DNA of 52,036 nt, filler included, from Catajapyx aquilonaris (GCA_000934665.2; 3 parts of 3 records of this genome joined end to end with filler, not necessarily neighbours in it); one strand, 5' to 3'. Numbered from the whole stretch's first letter, positions 25,561 through 39,189 are shown. The notes: generated by a model from the sequence alone, not told the origin. A program made the numbers and translations.

Positions 25561-26294
25561 CTTGGATCAGACTGGTCCAAGAATATAATTTCGCCAAAAT
25601 AAAGAAGGGGCTTCTGTATGTAATTATAGCTAACCGGTTTTGCGTTTTCTCCTAATGATATTGGGGTATATACTCTGGAACGTCATAAGTGGACGTCATC
25701 CTCGGACCACTAGCACTTGCTAATTTTACAGACCTTTTTGCAATACTTTTTTGCCACACTAAGTACATACCTCTAATGATCCGGTTACCAGAGTTTGGCC
25801 TTGCATTTTTTTTACTGTACCGTCCTATACATAGTATATGCCTTCGAACTTCTCCATTGTACTGGACTCGGAGTGGTGTCTCGTAGTGTACAATCAGTCC
25901 CTGGTATCCTTCACAACAAAAACAAACTGATTGAACAATGTCAGTGTCATTGAAAATGGTGGTGGTGGTGGGGGGGGGGGTCTCTTTCAACTTAATGCGG
26001 TTTATCTTTTTAAATTAGCCGTTGGTATCGGTATTTATTATTACCTGTAGGTAGAGCTCTTCAATCAGGCTTTCTCATAACATGTGGGATGAATTAATTT
26101 ATTATTGTGACAATATTGGTGAAATTTTGTTGCCAATATTGAAGGGACTACATTTACGTTTGGAGCACACAAAAATGATTTTTATTAGATAAATATCGCA
26201 TTTCCTCTCTCCATATTTTGCGGAAATGTCGCTTAAACTATAGCTAATACTAAGGTGTCAATACATATCCTAGGAATATCAAGAGCCATTGATA

Positions 26295-26419
26295 CCTCCT
26301 GAGACCCCTGGTACAGTATACTGTACCTTTGTTTTTTCCAGCACCTTCTGACTAACTCAAACGCGTAAAAAAACAAAAAAAGCAAAGGTACAGTATACTG
26401 TACTCCGGGTCTCAGGAGG
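26295..26419. mobile_element. Short palindromic MITE
   Basis: CCTCCTGAGACCC..GTACAGTATACTGTACCTTTG pairs with CAAAGGTACAGTATACTGTAC..GGGTCTCAGGAGG. Confidence 0.65.
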
Positions 26420-27239
26420 ATAAAGTATAATACCATAACATACACTGTTTTGGTTTGGTGAGGATAAGACGAACCAGATGAGCAGGTTTCATACATTGCC
26501 AGTAGAGGAATATAATTATGAACATGTTTTGTGCAATATAGTAATCACGTGAATACTGGCTGACCTTGTGCTTCGTACCCCGTCTCTGTGATACTTCTTA
26601 TTACACATTCCAGGAAATGTACGCCACAGAGTGAAGAAGCTCACGGTCGTCAATGTATTATACAACTAACTTTCCACCCTTGAAAGAGTGTTGTTATTAT
26701 GCAATTGCCCCAACAAAAAAAAGAACATTGCAAGAATGTTATAAAATGGGCAGGGCAGAATTTCCACCATTCAGTTAGAGCCAGGACCGCAAAAGTGCAG
26801 CCTCAGAATAAGGTGCTGGTCAATTATTGGACGGAGGCCATGACTGCTTTGGACACCCCTTCATTGGGAAAAGTTCCCAAACTTTTTGAGTCGCGGAGCA
26901 GTTTTCAGGAGAAAAATTCGTGATGGAGCACTAACAGGTATGTGCATTTTTTGGCTGTCTTTACCTATCGGTATATTCAAGCTGTATGTCGATATTTTCA
27001 TCCTAGAGCAGGGGGTCTCAAACTGGATTTGATAGCAGGCCACACCAGCCTGCGTGAACTTTAGTGTGAGCGGGGAACAAACCCGCCGCATGCGAAATTT
27101 TTGGTGTGTTCAAGGTCACACAAGATTAGGTGAATGTAACTGGTACAGTACAGTGGAATACTAAAATCCAAGATACGCATATTTAAAAAATTCCGTAATG
27201 GGGCTGCAATTGAGTTGACCACGGGGCCATATGCCATTT

Positions 27240-27533
27240 TATGGGGTGGAATACCACCATCCTTCAATTTTTCTGCATTTTTTCTTCTGACTCCGGTGCC
27301 AGGATGGGGTAAGGATGGGTATTTCTGGGGAGGGGACACTGGTGCAAAAGTGCAATCTTTGGAAAGGGGTCATGGGCAGTACCCCAGAAGGCTATAGGTT
27401 GCCAAGACGCCTTCTTAGGCGAGGGTCAGAGACCCACTGACGCAGGCGGAAGGGAACTCCCGGGTGGGGATCGATCACGGGACCTTCCGCACAGCAAGCC
27501 GAGACGTTACCATCTCGATTACCACGCCTCCCC
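27240..27533 (-). mobile_element. tRNA-derived SINE, family 1, copy A
   Basis: Head GGGGAGGCGTGGTAATCGAGATGGTAACG...GATCGATCCC carries A/B-box-like motifs. Body is homologous to 36640-36940. Confidence 0.75.
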
Positions 27534-28450
27534 TCATACTCAAAATTTAAAAATCCAAAAATTTTAAATCAAAGCTATTTTGATTTTGATATTGATCAAT
27601 ATTATAATCGACTCCTACGATTTCTTTTGAGTGGCACTTACAGTGATCATGGTAAGATATGACACAGATCTGTGTCATCCGTGAGCTTCTATTGGATTTG
27701 GGTAGTTAGGTGGAATTAGTCATTTTGTGGTAGTCTATACTCTATACAGGAATAGTTTGTCCGCGTAACACTTCTGCTATATCGTACATCATAATGACGT
27801 CAATTCAATCCTACGTAAACGTTGGAAGGCTATAATGCAACTATACAGTACTATCAGGTTTCGCAAATTAATTGCTTATTTCCCCGTCCGTTAGTCTGTT
27901 TATTGGGAGCGGCTTTTTTTTTCTAGCATAAAAGCGGTTCATAACAGGTGGGGCGGGAGGTGAATTTTATGTAACAGCATTGTCCTTGCACTACAAGGCT
28001 ATACAAGCTGTTTGATAATGCTTCGGATTGCTTCCTATAGAGTTAATTCGTGGGGATGGCGGCCTCCACGGTCAGACTCCGAAGTACTCGATTCATTTTT
28101 TTGCCATTTTTTGCATATATATTTATTTATTGATATTATTAATTCAGTTGGGTGACCGTTTCACGGACAATAATTCACAAGACCGTAATTAATGAAAAAG
28201 GAATAAAATTTCAAAATTGCAATTTTCTTATTAAAATAGATTTAATTAAGCGTGACTCTCGTTTCATTTGAATAAATACATATTTACACTTTTATTAACG
28301 TCATTTTTACACATTTAAATATTATTTTATTCTTATTAAATGAAGTTGAACTTTTGATAAGCGTCATTGTAAAGTTAATTGGATTTAACTAATCTCAGTT
28401 TTCGAGTGTTGACAATATGGCTGTATCTCTCCTCCTTTGTTTTTCCCCAG

Positions 28451-28646
28451 GGGTTGGGCAATGTGGCGAGTATTCTTCAGCAACGGTGAGTGCATCAGCA
28501 AGATCCAGCACTTCCCTTGGTACCTGAACGACCTGGTCAAGTACCTGATCGCCAAGAACGTCAAGAAAATGACCAAGGCGCAAGGGATCTATGTCCACTC
28601 GGAGGAAGAGGTGGAAGGCATGGTGATGAGAGATCTCAAGGCCATC
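28451..28646 (+). pseudogene. Orphan duplicate of fax exon 3
   Basis: Near-identical to 22023-22218 with an intact acceptor, but lacks the donor and runs into a copy of the fax downstream sequence (cf. 22876-22941). Confidence 0.88.
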
Positions 28647-29660
28647 CCGTTAGAACCTGAGGGTTCAGTACCTTATCGTTGTTACTTTTTATAAACAAGA
28701 TGCCAGTCCTATTTATAGAATATTAAATATCGAAAATGGCATACGCCCAGATGTCAACTGGAAGTCAAATAAAAACTGTTGGGGAAATATGCTGCTACTT
28801 CACTAACACACAATAAACATAAGCTGCAAAAATGATGAGGAGTAAATTCTTCATTGGAAACAATAATAAATTAAATCTTACATGAATTCTAGCATATTTA
28901 TTAACTCCGTAACCTATAGCAAACAATTCCGCACAAGTGGTCGAATAACAAGTCTTCTATGAAGGCCGCGCATGTTTTATAGTGACTAAAACCACCAGTT
29001 TGTCGATATGACGTCAGAAAAAAAGTAGTTTGCGACGTGGCTCAATTACGTCGCGCGTCGTAGTCTCCCAGGGCAATTCATTATTAATACTGTAGTAGTT
29101 TGGCTCCAGATGACACTGACTAGGGGTAGTCAGACCACTCTTGGATAACATTTTTTTGTGTGTATAAAGGGAAAGAAGGAATTTACTTTAATGCCTCTAA
29201 TTTTAATTTTAATTCCGGTACCTCTAATTAAGAACCCAATGAGTCAATGATAACCGCATAAACCCGATAGGTCCAAATGACATTGCCTTTGTCATCATTA
29301 GGCCTACGCAGGTTGTCGTCATATTGGAACACCTTTGTTCTTCGTTTATAAATGCGATACATGATACATCATCTATCCTGGAGTTACACGACTACGAACG
29401 TAATCAATTTAAGTCACAGAATCACAATTTGCAGATCTTCAATTGTAATGAGGAAAACAGAGAACAAGGGAATCCCATTCACGAGCTGTCCTGCTCTGAA
29501 TGCCATAATATTGAATGAAGACGTCACGATACTTCATGATTACGCTATCCTTGTGCACAATATTATCACATAAAAATTATGTAACCTCCCGTTATCCAAT
29601 ATTATTTTTTTTGAACAAAATTATGGAAGTAGTATGACAAGCTTATTAACCGTGCAGGTG

Positions 29661-29749
29661 TATAAAGGCTGTCTCTTCAGATGTAAAAGATTGATTCCAG
29701 ATTAAGGACCGAAGGGGTGAAGACATATCGTCAGATTTGACAGAGACGG
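29661..29749 (+). promoter_or_regulatory. Putative TATA box and non-coding first exon of the cis-prenyltransferase gene
   Basis: TATAAA at 29661, strong donor CGG|GTAAGT at 29750, and candidate acceptor TTTAAG| at 31184, 20 nt before the ATG. Confidence 0.4.
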
Positions 29750-30255
29750 GTAAGTCATACGTCATCATTTATTTCATGTTTTAAAATAATTGACACGTGT
29801 TAAATAGACAAGCTTGGAAGTATGGATCAAATTGAATCAGTTGAGTGTGTGATATGTTTATGGGAATAGGCGACAAGGTGTTAATCCGTGGCTCAGTATA
29901 TCCATCCAGAGAAGGTAGGAAATAAAAGGAAAAGTGGAGCCTCCAACGTAACCTACTGAACCTTATGTCGGTCACAACTAGTGTCACCAAATACAAAATA
30001 ATGATGTAACGCAAATACAACACTAATTGTCAGGGTCCTAATTGGGCATGTGTCTGAGCATTTGACCAATGAAATGTAAAAATAAATTTTAGTTACATTT
30101 CAGAGAAAAGCTAATTCCATAGCCGAATTCTCCTTGTGTTTCTCTTTCTTTTGATGTAAATGTTCATTGGGTTTTGACCAATTTAATTAACCGAAATAAA
30201 TTTCAAAAAAGGCCTACTGAGAGAGCTCTCTAGGCCTACTGTGTGCTGTAGCCTA

Positions 30256-30870
30256 CAGTAGGGTGGAGCGAAAAAACCGAAATTTGCCCGATTAAATCGC
30301 ACGGGGTGTCAAAAGTTGCGTATGAACAAGTATAACACTTGTGATTTTTTTTAGAATTGTTGTACTTCATCTTCATTTGTCGCCAGAGCCTTCAAATTTC
30401 GCTATTTTTGCGAGAACAACACATATCACATTATGCAACACGATTTTTGTCCATGGAAATTCATCGCTATTGCCATGTTGGTTAGGTCACTGGTAACTCA
30501 TAATTGACCATTCATTTTGTCTGGGGTTTGTTTTTGATCTTGGGGCAGTAGCAGTCAAAAAGTCAAATTCCTCGAAATAGTGAATTCAGAATCAAGTAGG
30601 CCGAAATGTTGTTGACCAGCTCGGAATTTGCTGAAATAATATATCACCGCTGTACATGACTATGCCATAACACGTCATGTCAAGTTTAAGCCAAATTACG
30701 CAATACCGTTGGGAAGGAAAAAAAATCGCGAAATTTAGGAAAATTGACAGAAGATGAAGTACGAAAATTCTAAAAAATTCACAAGTGTTATACTTGTCCA
30801 TGCACAACAACTTTTGACACCCTGTTTGATTTAATCGGACAACTTTCGTTTTTTTAGATCCACGCTACTG
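30256..30870. mobile_element. Tc1/mariner-superfamily (pogo-like) MITE
   Basis: TA|CAGTAGGGTGGA... and ...TCCACGCTACTG|TA, with imperfect TIRs of about 95 bp. Confidence 0.8.
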
Positions 30871-31204
30871 TACAGTACAGGTTACACAATAAAATAAACT
30901 TATATAACATCATATTTATCACCTGTGTTTACTTATACACCCACGATTACGCCATCGCAGCCTCTCTACCCCATCAACAATAATGTGGAAGATAATCATC
31001 ATCATATCAACAAAACAGGTGCATTCCAAAATTAAGTTGCTGTCATGTGATAGGTAGAATGATAACAATTAATCTAGGTAATGGACATATTTGTCCTCGG
31101 GTAAAATGTTTTTAAAATGGGCCTGGCATTATATAATTAATTTATTTCATAACTTAATAGCATGACATTTTTTGTATATTTAAGACACTAAGGATACACC
31201 AACA

Positions 31205-32732
31205 ATGGCCGAAGAAAATAACCTGACGTGGATGCAGCGCTTTGCAGTGTCTATAGTGAACCAAGGGGACGTTCCTAAACATATGGCATGCATCATGGAT
31301 GGAAACAGAAGATATGCAAGAGCGAGAAATTTGCCTCTCATTGAGGGACATAACGATGGGTGAGGAGCTAATAACTATAAACTGGCCCATTTACTTCTAC
31401 GCAATCGACCATTGGAGAGTTTAATCAAATCACTGTCAGATTCAAGTCATGAAGTGATTGAACAGCAACAATAGTGATTGTGGTTTTCTTGCTCAGACAT
31501 TCACACTAGATCCTAATCGTGATGTTTCTTGCAGCTACAAGAAAATGCTTGAGGTTCAGGAGTGGTCTAGAGCAATGGGAATATATGCAATAACTGCGTA
31601 TGCCTTCAGTATAGAGAACTTCAAGAGGACAAAGGAAGAGGTCGATCAGCTGATGAATTTGTTCGAGAAAGCGTTTCAAGACATCCTGGATGATATGTGA
31701 GTCTCAACAATCAAACATTATTATCTGATTAATTAGCATTACTTACCCATTACCTAAGTGCCCACTTACCCTCTGTTAGTCATTGATTTTACTTTTTACA
31801 TATTGTACGTGTATACCACAAGATACAATAACTTCAAAATTTTCAGTGATATTTGGATCAAGAGAGACACTCAAATACGTGTGATTGGTCGATTGGAACT
31901 CTTTCCCAAAAGGCTGCAAATCCAGGCTGGACAGATCATGGAGAAACTGTCAGGCTGCAAAATGCACGTCTTTACTTTGGCATGTCCTTACACGTGTGAG
32001 TATTCAATGACGTATACAAGAGTGATTATTGGGAATACACAAGTAACGTTCATTTTTTCCAGCCCGTGACGACATGATCTCCGCAATTCACCAGCTGATG
32101 GAAGGAGTGGACAAAGGTCTTATCGAACCAGAGGACGTGTCAGAGGGACTGATGGAGAAGTGTCTCCAGACCAGGGACCTTCCTCCTGTGGACATGCTCG
32201 TTAGAACATCAGGAGAAATGAGGTTCTCGGACTTCATGCTCTGGCAGGTCAGTCTCCATTTGCACTTTTTGAATAGTCTGCATGATTAGGTGTTTAACAA
32301 TCATTTTCTAATTATATCTATTTTTCCTGATTCAGAGTACGTACAGTTTTGTCTGCTTTGAGAAAGTAACTTGGCCACAGTATGGATTCTGGAATTTCCT
32401 GGGAGGCATCTTACTCTTCCAACGACATTCGTATTTCTTGAAGGTAGGAGAACCATGCAGAGTATACCTTTGAGAATAATATCATAGAAGAGGGGTTATC
32501 CGAATATATACAGGGATATTGATTCAAAAACAATTTTAATATATATTTTTTATCGCTCGACAATTTTACAGTCACCTGACACGTACACGTTTTTTTGCAG
32601 GATAAATTGAAAAGGACACAGGTCGAGCTGGAGCAAGAAAAATCAGACCCGGAGAAAGGAACACGGATAACTAATTTTTTGGGGAAACTCGACAGGAAGC
32701 ACATCGAGTACGTAGCGCACTTGTCACAATAA
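31205..32732 (+). CDS. DHDDS: cis-prenyltransferase, dehydrodolichyl diphosphate synthase-like (divergent)
   Basis: Exons 31205-31359, 31535-31696, 31847-31995, 32063-32247, 32336-32443, 32601-32732 join in frame. Motifs: PKHMACIMDGNRRYA, YAFSIENFKR, RVIG, YTSR, RTSGEMRFSDFMLWQ, WPQY. Confidence 0.93.
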
Positions 32733-34016
32733 TGTCAAGAAAAAAGTGCTTTACATGATAACCCCTTATGCTGTTAAGATAAAGATCACTTAATTCTTCA
32801 AAATTATTTTTAATAGACAGCTTGTTCTTCATTACATGCAGTAACAAAATATTTGTCATACACTATTCGGTTTCTCTGTATGCATCAATTTATTGACAGC
32901 ATGTATTCATTAACAATATCTCGATAACATATTATCTAGTAGTACAACACTAATGAGATTGTGATTCTTTTACGTATGTTTTCATGACGTGCGACTAATA
33001 TTGCAACTGGAAATTAGCAAACTATCTTTTTCTCTTAGAACCTTACTGTTCTCAATAATTATTCAAGCCACATTATTGTCGACGATTGCACATGATGACA
33101 CAATATTACACATGGATATTGTAGGCTACTCTGAGTAATGATTTTTCGTAGCACAATCGTAAGAAATATGAATAGCAGACCTCAAGACACTGCATCAGAA
33201 AAAGTCAATTAACATGATAATGCTTGACACGCAACATTTACGACATAATTACTTAAATCGAATTATTTTCATCATGCGATAGGAATCTCCCGCACAGGTA
33301 TATAGGTCGTCGTGTTTGGGGAATTAATAATTGTGCATGGCAAAAAACTGATGAGTAGACCTTATCATTCATTGTTTTTTTAAGTGCTTATGTAACAGAC
33401 AAATAATTTGCATCTCATTGTATTTTATGTCTGTAATTTCTGAAGCGCACTTCAATTTGTGTTGTAGTTTATTTACAACGAGATATGTGCAATAAAGAAT
33501 GTTAAAATGCAGTGTTTGTTACCGACACTGATGTAAAGCGCAAAGAGTCTTCTCTGTCTTTAGTGTAAGACTGCATGATATGTGAAATGTACTGCATGTG
33601 ATTCAGGTGAGTTTTATAATTGCTGGAAGCAGAGAATGGTGGTCATGAGGCTTCTCGAATGGAGCTGACAACAATCCTGAGAGTGTTTCCTTGGGAGATT
33701 CCTACAGCAATAAAGAAGGATGCAATATTCCGACCACTCTAATGGTAGCTTCACTGTTGATTGAAGCATACAATAAGTAAGCAACCTTTGAGCGAAAAGT
33801 CGTTAACTGTGACGTCCATTGTTACCGTAAGAGTAAATTACTTGAACCCAACTCAATCCTAATGTTACGCAAGTGGGTGTAATGCGACTACGTCTGCTGG
33901 TTTGCGCAAATTAATTGCTCATTATTTCCCATATCTAGATGAACGCAAGCCGTCTAATCTGTTTGTTTGAGGCATGTTCTTCTTTTTAACAATTAGGTAG
34001 TATAGTGAATGTTTAT

Positions 34017-34342
34017 TGGGAGTCGGAATGGTGCTGCGGTAACGTATGCGCCCACGGATGTTAAGGTCCCGGGTTCGATCCCAACCCGGGGACACCCCCT
34101 TCATCTCGTGCAGAGTTCAGGGTCACCTCTGGCTTCGTCTCGGGTGGTATTACCACCGACTAAACCACCCGGGGGAGTTCACTAAAAATGGCCACATAAG
34201 GACATTGCACTGCACCTTGCACATCCCCTCCTGTCATCCTGCCCGTGGGCCCGGGCGTTACGTATAAAGGCTCCAATGTACACAACAAAAATAAATAAAG
34301 GTCCGTGCTACATACCTCTGATGAGGTCAGCACTACCCCGGA

Positions 34343-34405
<63 letters not shown>
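34017..34405 (+). mobile_element. tRNA-derived SINE, family 2, copy A, with (TTA)n tail
   Basis: A-box-like TGGTGCTGCGG and B box GGTTCGATCCC. 16-bp TSD TATAGTGAATGTTTAT at 34001-34016 and 34406-34421. Homologous to 47946-48380. Confidence 0.9.
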
Positions 34406-34409
<4 letters not shown>

Positions 34410-34689
34410 GTGAATGTTTATGTAACATTGCCCTTACCCTACAAGGCTACAATCTGTTTGATAAATACTTCGGCGAACTACATGCAGTCCTAGTGAGACC
34501 CCAAGAATAGTTTCTTAAATGTTGACATGGGATTGATCGGTACAAAGGTGTCCTCGGTCGATGAATTAAAATTTAAGGTCTTTCCCAATATCTTTACCTC
34601 AACTACCAGAGACACAGTTGGTTGAGTGATGAGAGAGCAATAATTAGCTCCGAAAAACAACGCCGTCAATCTTATCAACGCACAACACC

Positions 34690-34789
34690 NNNNNNNNNNN
34701 NNNNNNNNNNNNNNNNNNNNNNNNNNNNNNNNNTTAATTAATTAANNNNNNNNNNNNNNNNNNNNNNNNNNNNNNNNNNNNNNNNNNNN
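34690..34789. other. Artificial contig spacer
   Basis: 44 N + TTAATTAATTAA + 44 N. Confidence 0.98.
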
Positions 34790-35263
34790 CTTAATGGAAA
34801 CTTTTTATCACATCCTGTGTATAACCCCACCACTCCATTTTTTGGGGGTGTCCCAATATTTTCAGATCAGGGCAAGTATATTGTCCTGTATTAGAATGTT
34901 TTTCATCAAGATCCGTCATCATCACCCTGTGACCTTCCCTTGTCAGTATTTCTCGCAAAATGTGACTTTGTTCTGAAATCAGAGCATCATGGGATTTAAG
35001 GTAAGAATAAGTTTTACCATTAATCATTAGTGTTTGGGTTAATCAAGGTTGGTTTATGTCTCCATAGTTGTTTAACTTGCATATTTGGATTCTTGTGTAA
35101 GAGTAGCTATGATTAATGCTGTAGGAGTTCATTTTAATGATGAGTTGTAGTTAGTCGTCTGCTTTATTATGCAGATAATTCAGCACTTGTGGCTGAGAAT
35201 GAGGCTGTTTCACCGTTGTTGGTCTTGTCCAGGTTATACAGTGTCTGTGAGAAGATGAGTACT

Positions 35264-35425
35264 CAGTGTTGGACATTAATCTAGTCATACTGCTAGCGAC
35301 CTTTTCCGAAGCGGCAGAAGAACAAATCTTGCTTGCATGGCTTGCACTATCCATTGCTTCTATTCGTTCATCTGCCGCTTCGGAAAATGTCACTAGCAGT
35401 ATGACACGATTAATGTCCAACACTG
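35264..35425. mobile_element. Palindromic MITE (CAGTG termini)
   Basis: CAGTGTTGGACATTAATC..GTCATACTGCTAG pairs with CTAGCAGTATGAC..GATTAATGTCCAACACTG. No clear TSD. Confidence 0.75.
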
Positions 35426-36011
35426 TACGAGAATTTACGCATATAAGACTAAGGTTTTGGGCCTGACTGTGAGAATAGCATGTTTATCCTTGTACTGTAC
35501 AGTGTATACTGCAGGTACTAGGAAATCTGGTTGAGATGAACCAATTTTTATAGTAATAAAGTAGGAGTAGTTGTGTCAGTGGACAAGCAATTGCCAAGGG
35601 AAGAAGGCTATCTATACTGTTTACAAGGTGATCCAAAATTCTTGTCCGATTGTTATGGTAATTTTTGCCATTAAGCTGCTTATTTATACAGTTATCTTTG
35701 TATAGTTATTGTTAATAGTCATCAAAAGTATTATCATTCTAATATTATGCCAACTGAATCATCCATGCAATCTCTGAACTGCGAAGTATTTCTCATTAGG
35801 AATGGCCCATTTGAACAATTGCCATCTCACGTCAATGACCAATGACGGAACCAACTTGGTGCATGATGCTAGAGCTAGACCATGCTAGATTGTATTAGGC
35901 TTGTACAGTATTTTCTTTACTGTAGTTTATTTAGGTGTGTCATATTTTTAAGCATATTTTGTCATTGACTTGGGTCTTTCCCATCAATAACTACCCCCTT
36001 TTATTGGAAAG

Positions 36012-36014
<3 letters not shown>

Positions 36015-36052
<38 letters not shown>

Positions 36053-36098
36053 GTTATTATTATTATTATTATTATTGTTATTATTATTATTGTTATTA
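36015..36098. repeat. (TTA/TTG)n microsatellite
   Basis: Read directly from sequence. Confidence 0.95.
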
Positions 36099-36282
36099 GC
36101 CTAATACTATACTACTGCCTCACCTTTGCACAAAACCTAACTATGTCGGGATTGTTCAGTCGGGACAGTGCTGCCGAAATTGCAAAAAAGATGTAATCCC
36201 CCGCTAGAATTGCCTAGAAAAAATATAATATTTAACTTAACTTGGAGTTGTCATAATGTATTCTCTCCTTGTTGTACTATAC

Positions 36283-38327
36283 CTTTCTGGCACCACACAG
36301 CCTATTCACACTGGGCTTCCCCCTCCTGGTGTCGGATCCATCCACTACATCATCGTGCATGAGAGTTGCTGTATGGATCACCTCCATGGCCATGGCCACT
36401 TTCAGCTGTGATGGCAGTATGAAGCTGGAACATTAAAGATTAACCCATTTGTTCCCAAGGTCGATGAACTTATGATATTTTAATAATATTTTAAGTCATG
36501 CGGTAGGAGGGAGAAACTAAGATATAATTAAAATTTTATGCTATACTATTTTTTTCTAGCACAATCGGTATAATTTTTTCTCCACTCATTGCTTCACCTG
36601 TTTTTATAAGGGTGTACCCCAAAGACAGTGTCATCAGTGATGGGGAGTGGACTACCACCATATTCCATATTTTCTATTTTCCATTTTTCTTCTAACTCTG
36701 GTGCAGGTAATGAAGGACAATGGGTAAGGATGGGGATTTTTGGGGAGGGAACATGGGTGCAAGTGCAATGTCTGTAAATGGGTCATTTGCTGTTCCCCAG
36801 GAGGTTAGGTTGCCAGACACCTCCAAGTCACAGGTCAGAGACCCTCCTGACGCAGGTGAAAGGAAGTTCCCAGGCGGGGATCGAACCTGGGACCTTTCAC
36901 TCAGCAAGCTGAGACGTTACCATCTCGGCCACCGCACCTCTTTGCTTCACTTTACATACAATGCAATGGGGCAATTCTCACATTGAATGGTGCAGTGCTG
37001 GTAGCAATGATGGAATCGTATTATATCCCAATAATTCAGGTATTTCAGTCCATTATATCGAGTTTAATAAATTTTTCGAATGCCTTTCTCTTTTTTTTCA
37101 TCTTGGAAAGTATGGGTTGCACTATGTAACACTATGGCTATACAGGGTGATCTACAATACTTCTCCGATTGCTGTGGCTGTTGTTGGCACTAATCTACAT
37201 AATTTAAGCAGTTACTTTAATGGCTATCAAAAGTGTTAGTGGATTGTAGGACACCATTGTTTCCCTTGCTGCCATTCGCCATTCATAAAGGGCAACAATG
37301 TACGTCGTATATATTTTATGGTAGCTTCCCACAACCTTTCTTGCAACAGTCATACACTGAATTTATTTTTCAAAGCTGTAGAAGTATTTATAATTCAAGG
37401 AAATAGTTACTCAATCGCGCCAGTTCTGAAATTGACAAATTTCCCAAAATTCAACTTGTAATAATTGGGTATGATGCAATCACTGAAATGTGATGTAGTA
37501 GCTGCATTCTCCCACTATATTAGACTTTCATGAAGTAGTTCAGCTTGCTTACTCTGTGATTTATATGCACAAATTCAGGAAATAATTTTTTTCCCAACCG
37601 TCCCATATATAGGACGCTGGGAACAAATGGGTTAAGACACCAGGGCTATGAGTTTCCCTCATGGAAACAATCACTCACCTTTCTTGATGCAGATGAGCAT
37701 TGATAGCTCGGGCCATGAGAGCAGTAATCATAGGACGTATAGCCTTCCCCTGTCCATCGAAGTTGTACAGTGACACCATCGAAAGCCCACGGACGACTGT
37801 CCTCAATTCCTGCTCAAGAAAAATGCATTCAAATGAAGCAATCATAACAGTTAGCCTACTGCCATCTCACCTGCCGGATGTCAGCCCACAGGGTGTGTAG
37901 ATCATCTTCTACAAGTTTGTAAGGTTCTACATGGTGTTCCACAGGTAGCGGACCAGGATGTTGAAACTGCTTAGGGGTAGAACTGCTGAAGTGAGCCTGC
38001 GGCAGAAATGCATCTTTAGCGCGCCCTGTCTTAGCAACATTGGGCACGTTGACGACTACAAAACATCTGGAAGGCACCTTTAAGAGAGATGTAGACTACA
38101 TGAACTGAGCTGAAGGAGGACGACGTCTTAAGGATCTGCGCACATGTGTAGTACAGGGTGTATGATCCGAGGGTTCTCCTTCCTATATAACTCACCTCCA
38201 GAACTCGGCCCTTGTGCCTACAGTAGACTACCGGTACGTCAAGATATTGTCGAGAAAGAGAACTTCCAAAACGAGGTCTGCAGGTGTTGTTAAGCAGGGC
38301 AAAGAGGCTCAGCTTCAAAGGACCCAT
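36283..38327 (-). CDS. PDSS1: trans-prenyltransferase, decaprenyl-diphosphate synthase subunit 1 (PDSS1/qless)-like, 5' four exons
   Basis: Exons 38327-38196, 38077-37871, 37809-37679, 36424-36283 join in frame. Motifs: [45 protein letters not shown] (FARM), RRGKPSVN. Downstream exons not found before the spacer. Confidence 0.88.
36444..37631. mobile_element. piggyBac-like non-autonomous element in a PDSS intron, with nested SINE
   Basis: TTAA|CCCATTTGTTCCCA ... TGGGAACAAATGGG|TTAA. Confidence 0.82.
36640..36940 (-). mobile_element. tRNA-derived SINE, family 1, copy B
   Basis: Head GAGGTGCGGTGGCCGAGATGGTAACG...GGTTCGATCCC. Body is homologous to 27240-27533. Confidence 0.8.
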
Positions 38328-38970
38328 GTTAGTGACACGTGACACGCCTGTGGGGAAGTAGTGATCATGAGCTTTTTTACTGCTCAATTTGCCCGGTATA
38401 TTTCATACTAAATAAATAATAGTGAGAGTATAACATTACGAGGGAGTTGTGGGCTTCCAAGTGTAACAAAAGAAGCAGAAGACAGGCTTCGGTGAACAAG
38501 CAGGTTGATTTGTCTAGGCGTGACATGCCTTACTCGGCCCTGCCCTTTTTCAGAAGAAAAAAGTGTCACGTAACAAAATAGTTGAATGAGGCTGTCCGGC
38601 TCACAAGGAATTCTTAAGAAGATAATCATGTAAAGAGCACCTTCTTAAAATTATTTTATATGTGACTTCAAGACTGTGCCATACACAATTTTGTATTGTT
38701 ATAACGAAGTACATTAAAAAGTGTGCAGTATTTTTTTTAAAAAATCTCTACTGTATGACTTTACACCACCTAGTTACAACTACATTATTTCCAAAACCAA
38801 AAATCTTAGGAGTAATATGCATGCTACTGGATAATGTTATACAATATATATTAAATTACTCTTAAGTTAAATCCGTCATTTTCAAATCCATATTCAGGTA
38901 AGTGTTTACCAATTCTGTGTTATGAACTTGAGGATGTAGAAAAGGAAGTAAGTTCATAATATACAGCCTA

Positions 38971-39189
38971 CAGGTAGTTTCAACGTTTTTGCCCGAACAG
39001 ACGAACAGTTATTGGAAATATTGCACTATAAGCTGCTACTTTGTAAGCAGTGACTTGCAACCGGTTTGTCGGAGGAATGGGGAATATTCCCTGCGAATCT
39101 TAGGTTGAAATGACATACATTGCTTACAAAGTAGCAGTTTAGTGCAATATTTCCGATAACTGTTCGGACAAAAAAGTTGAAACACCCTG
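38971..39189. mobile_element. Tc1/mariner-type palindromic MITE
   Basis: TA|CAGGTAGTTTCAAC ... GTTGAAACACCCTG|TA with long imperfect arms. Confidence 0.78.
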
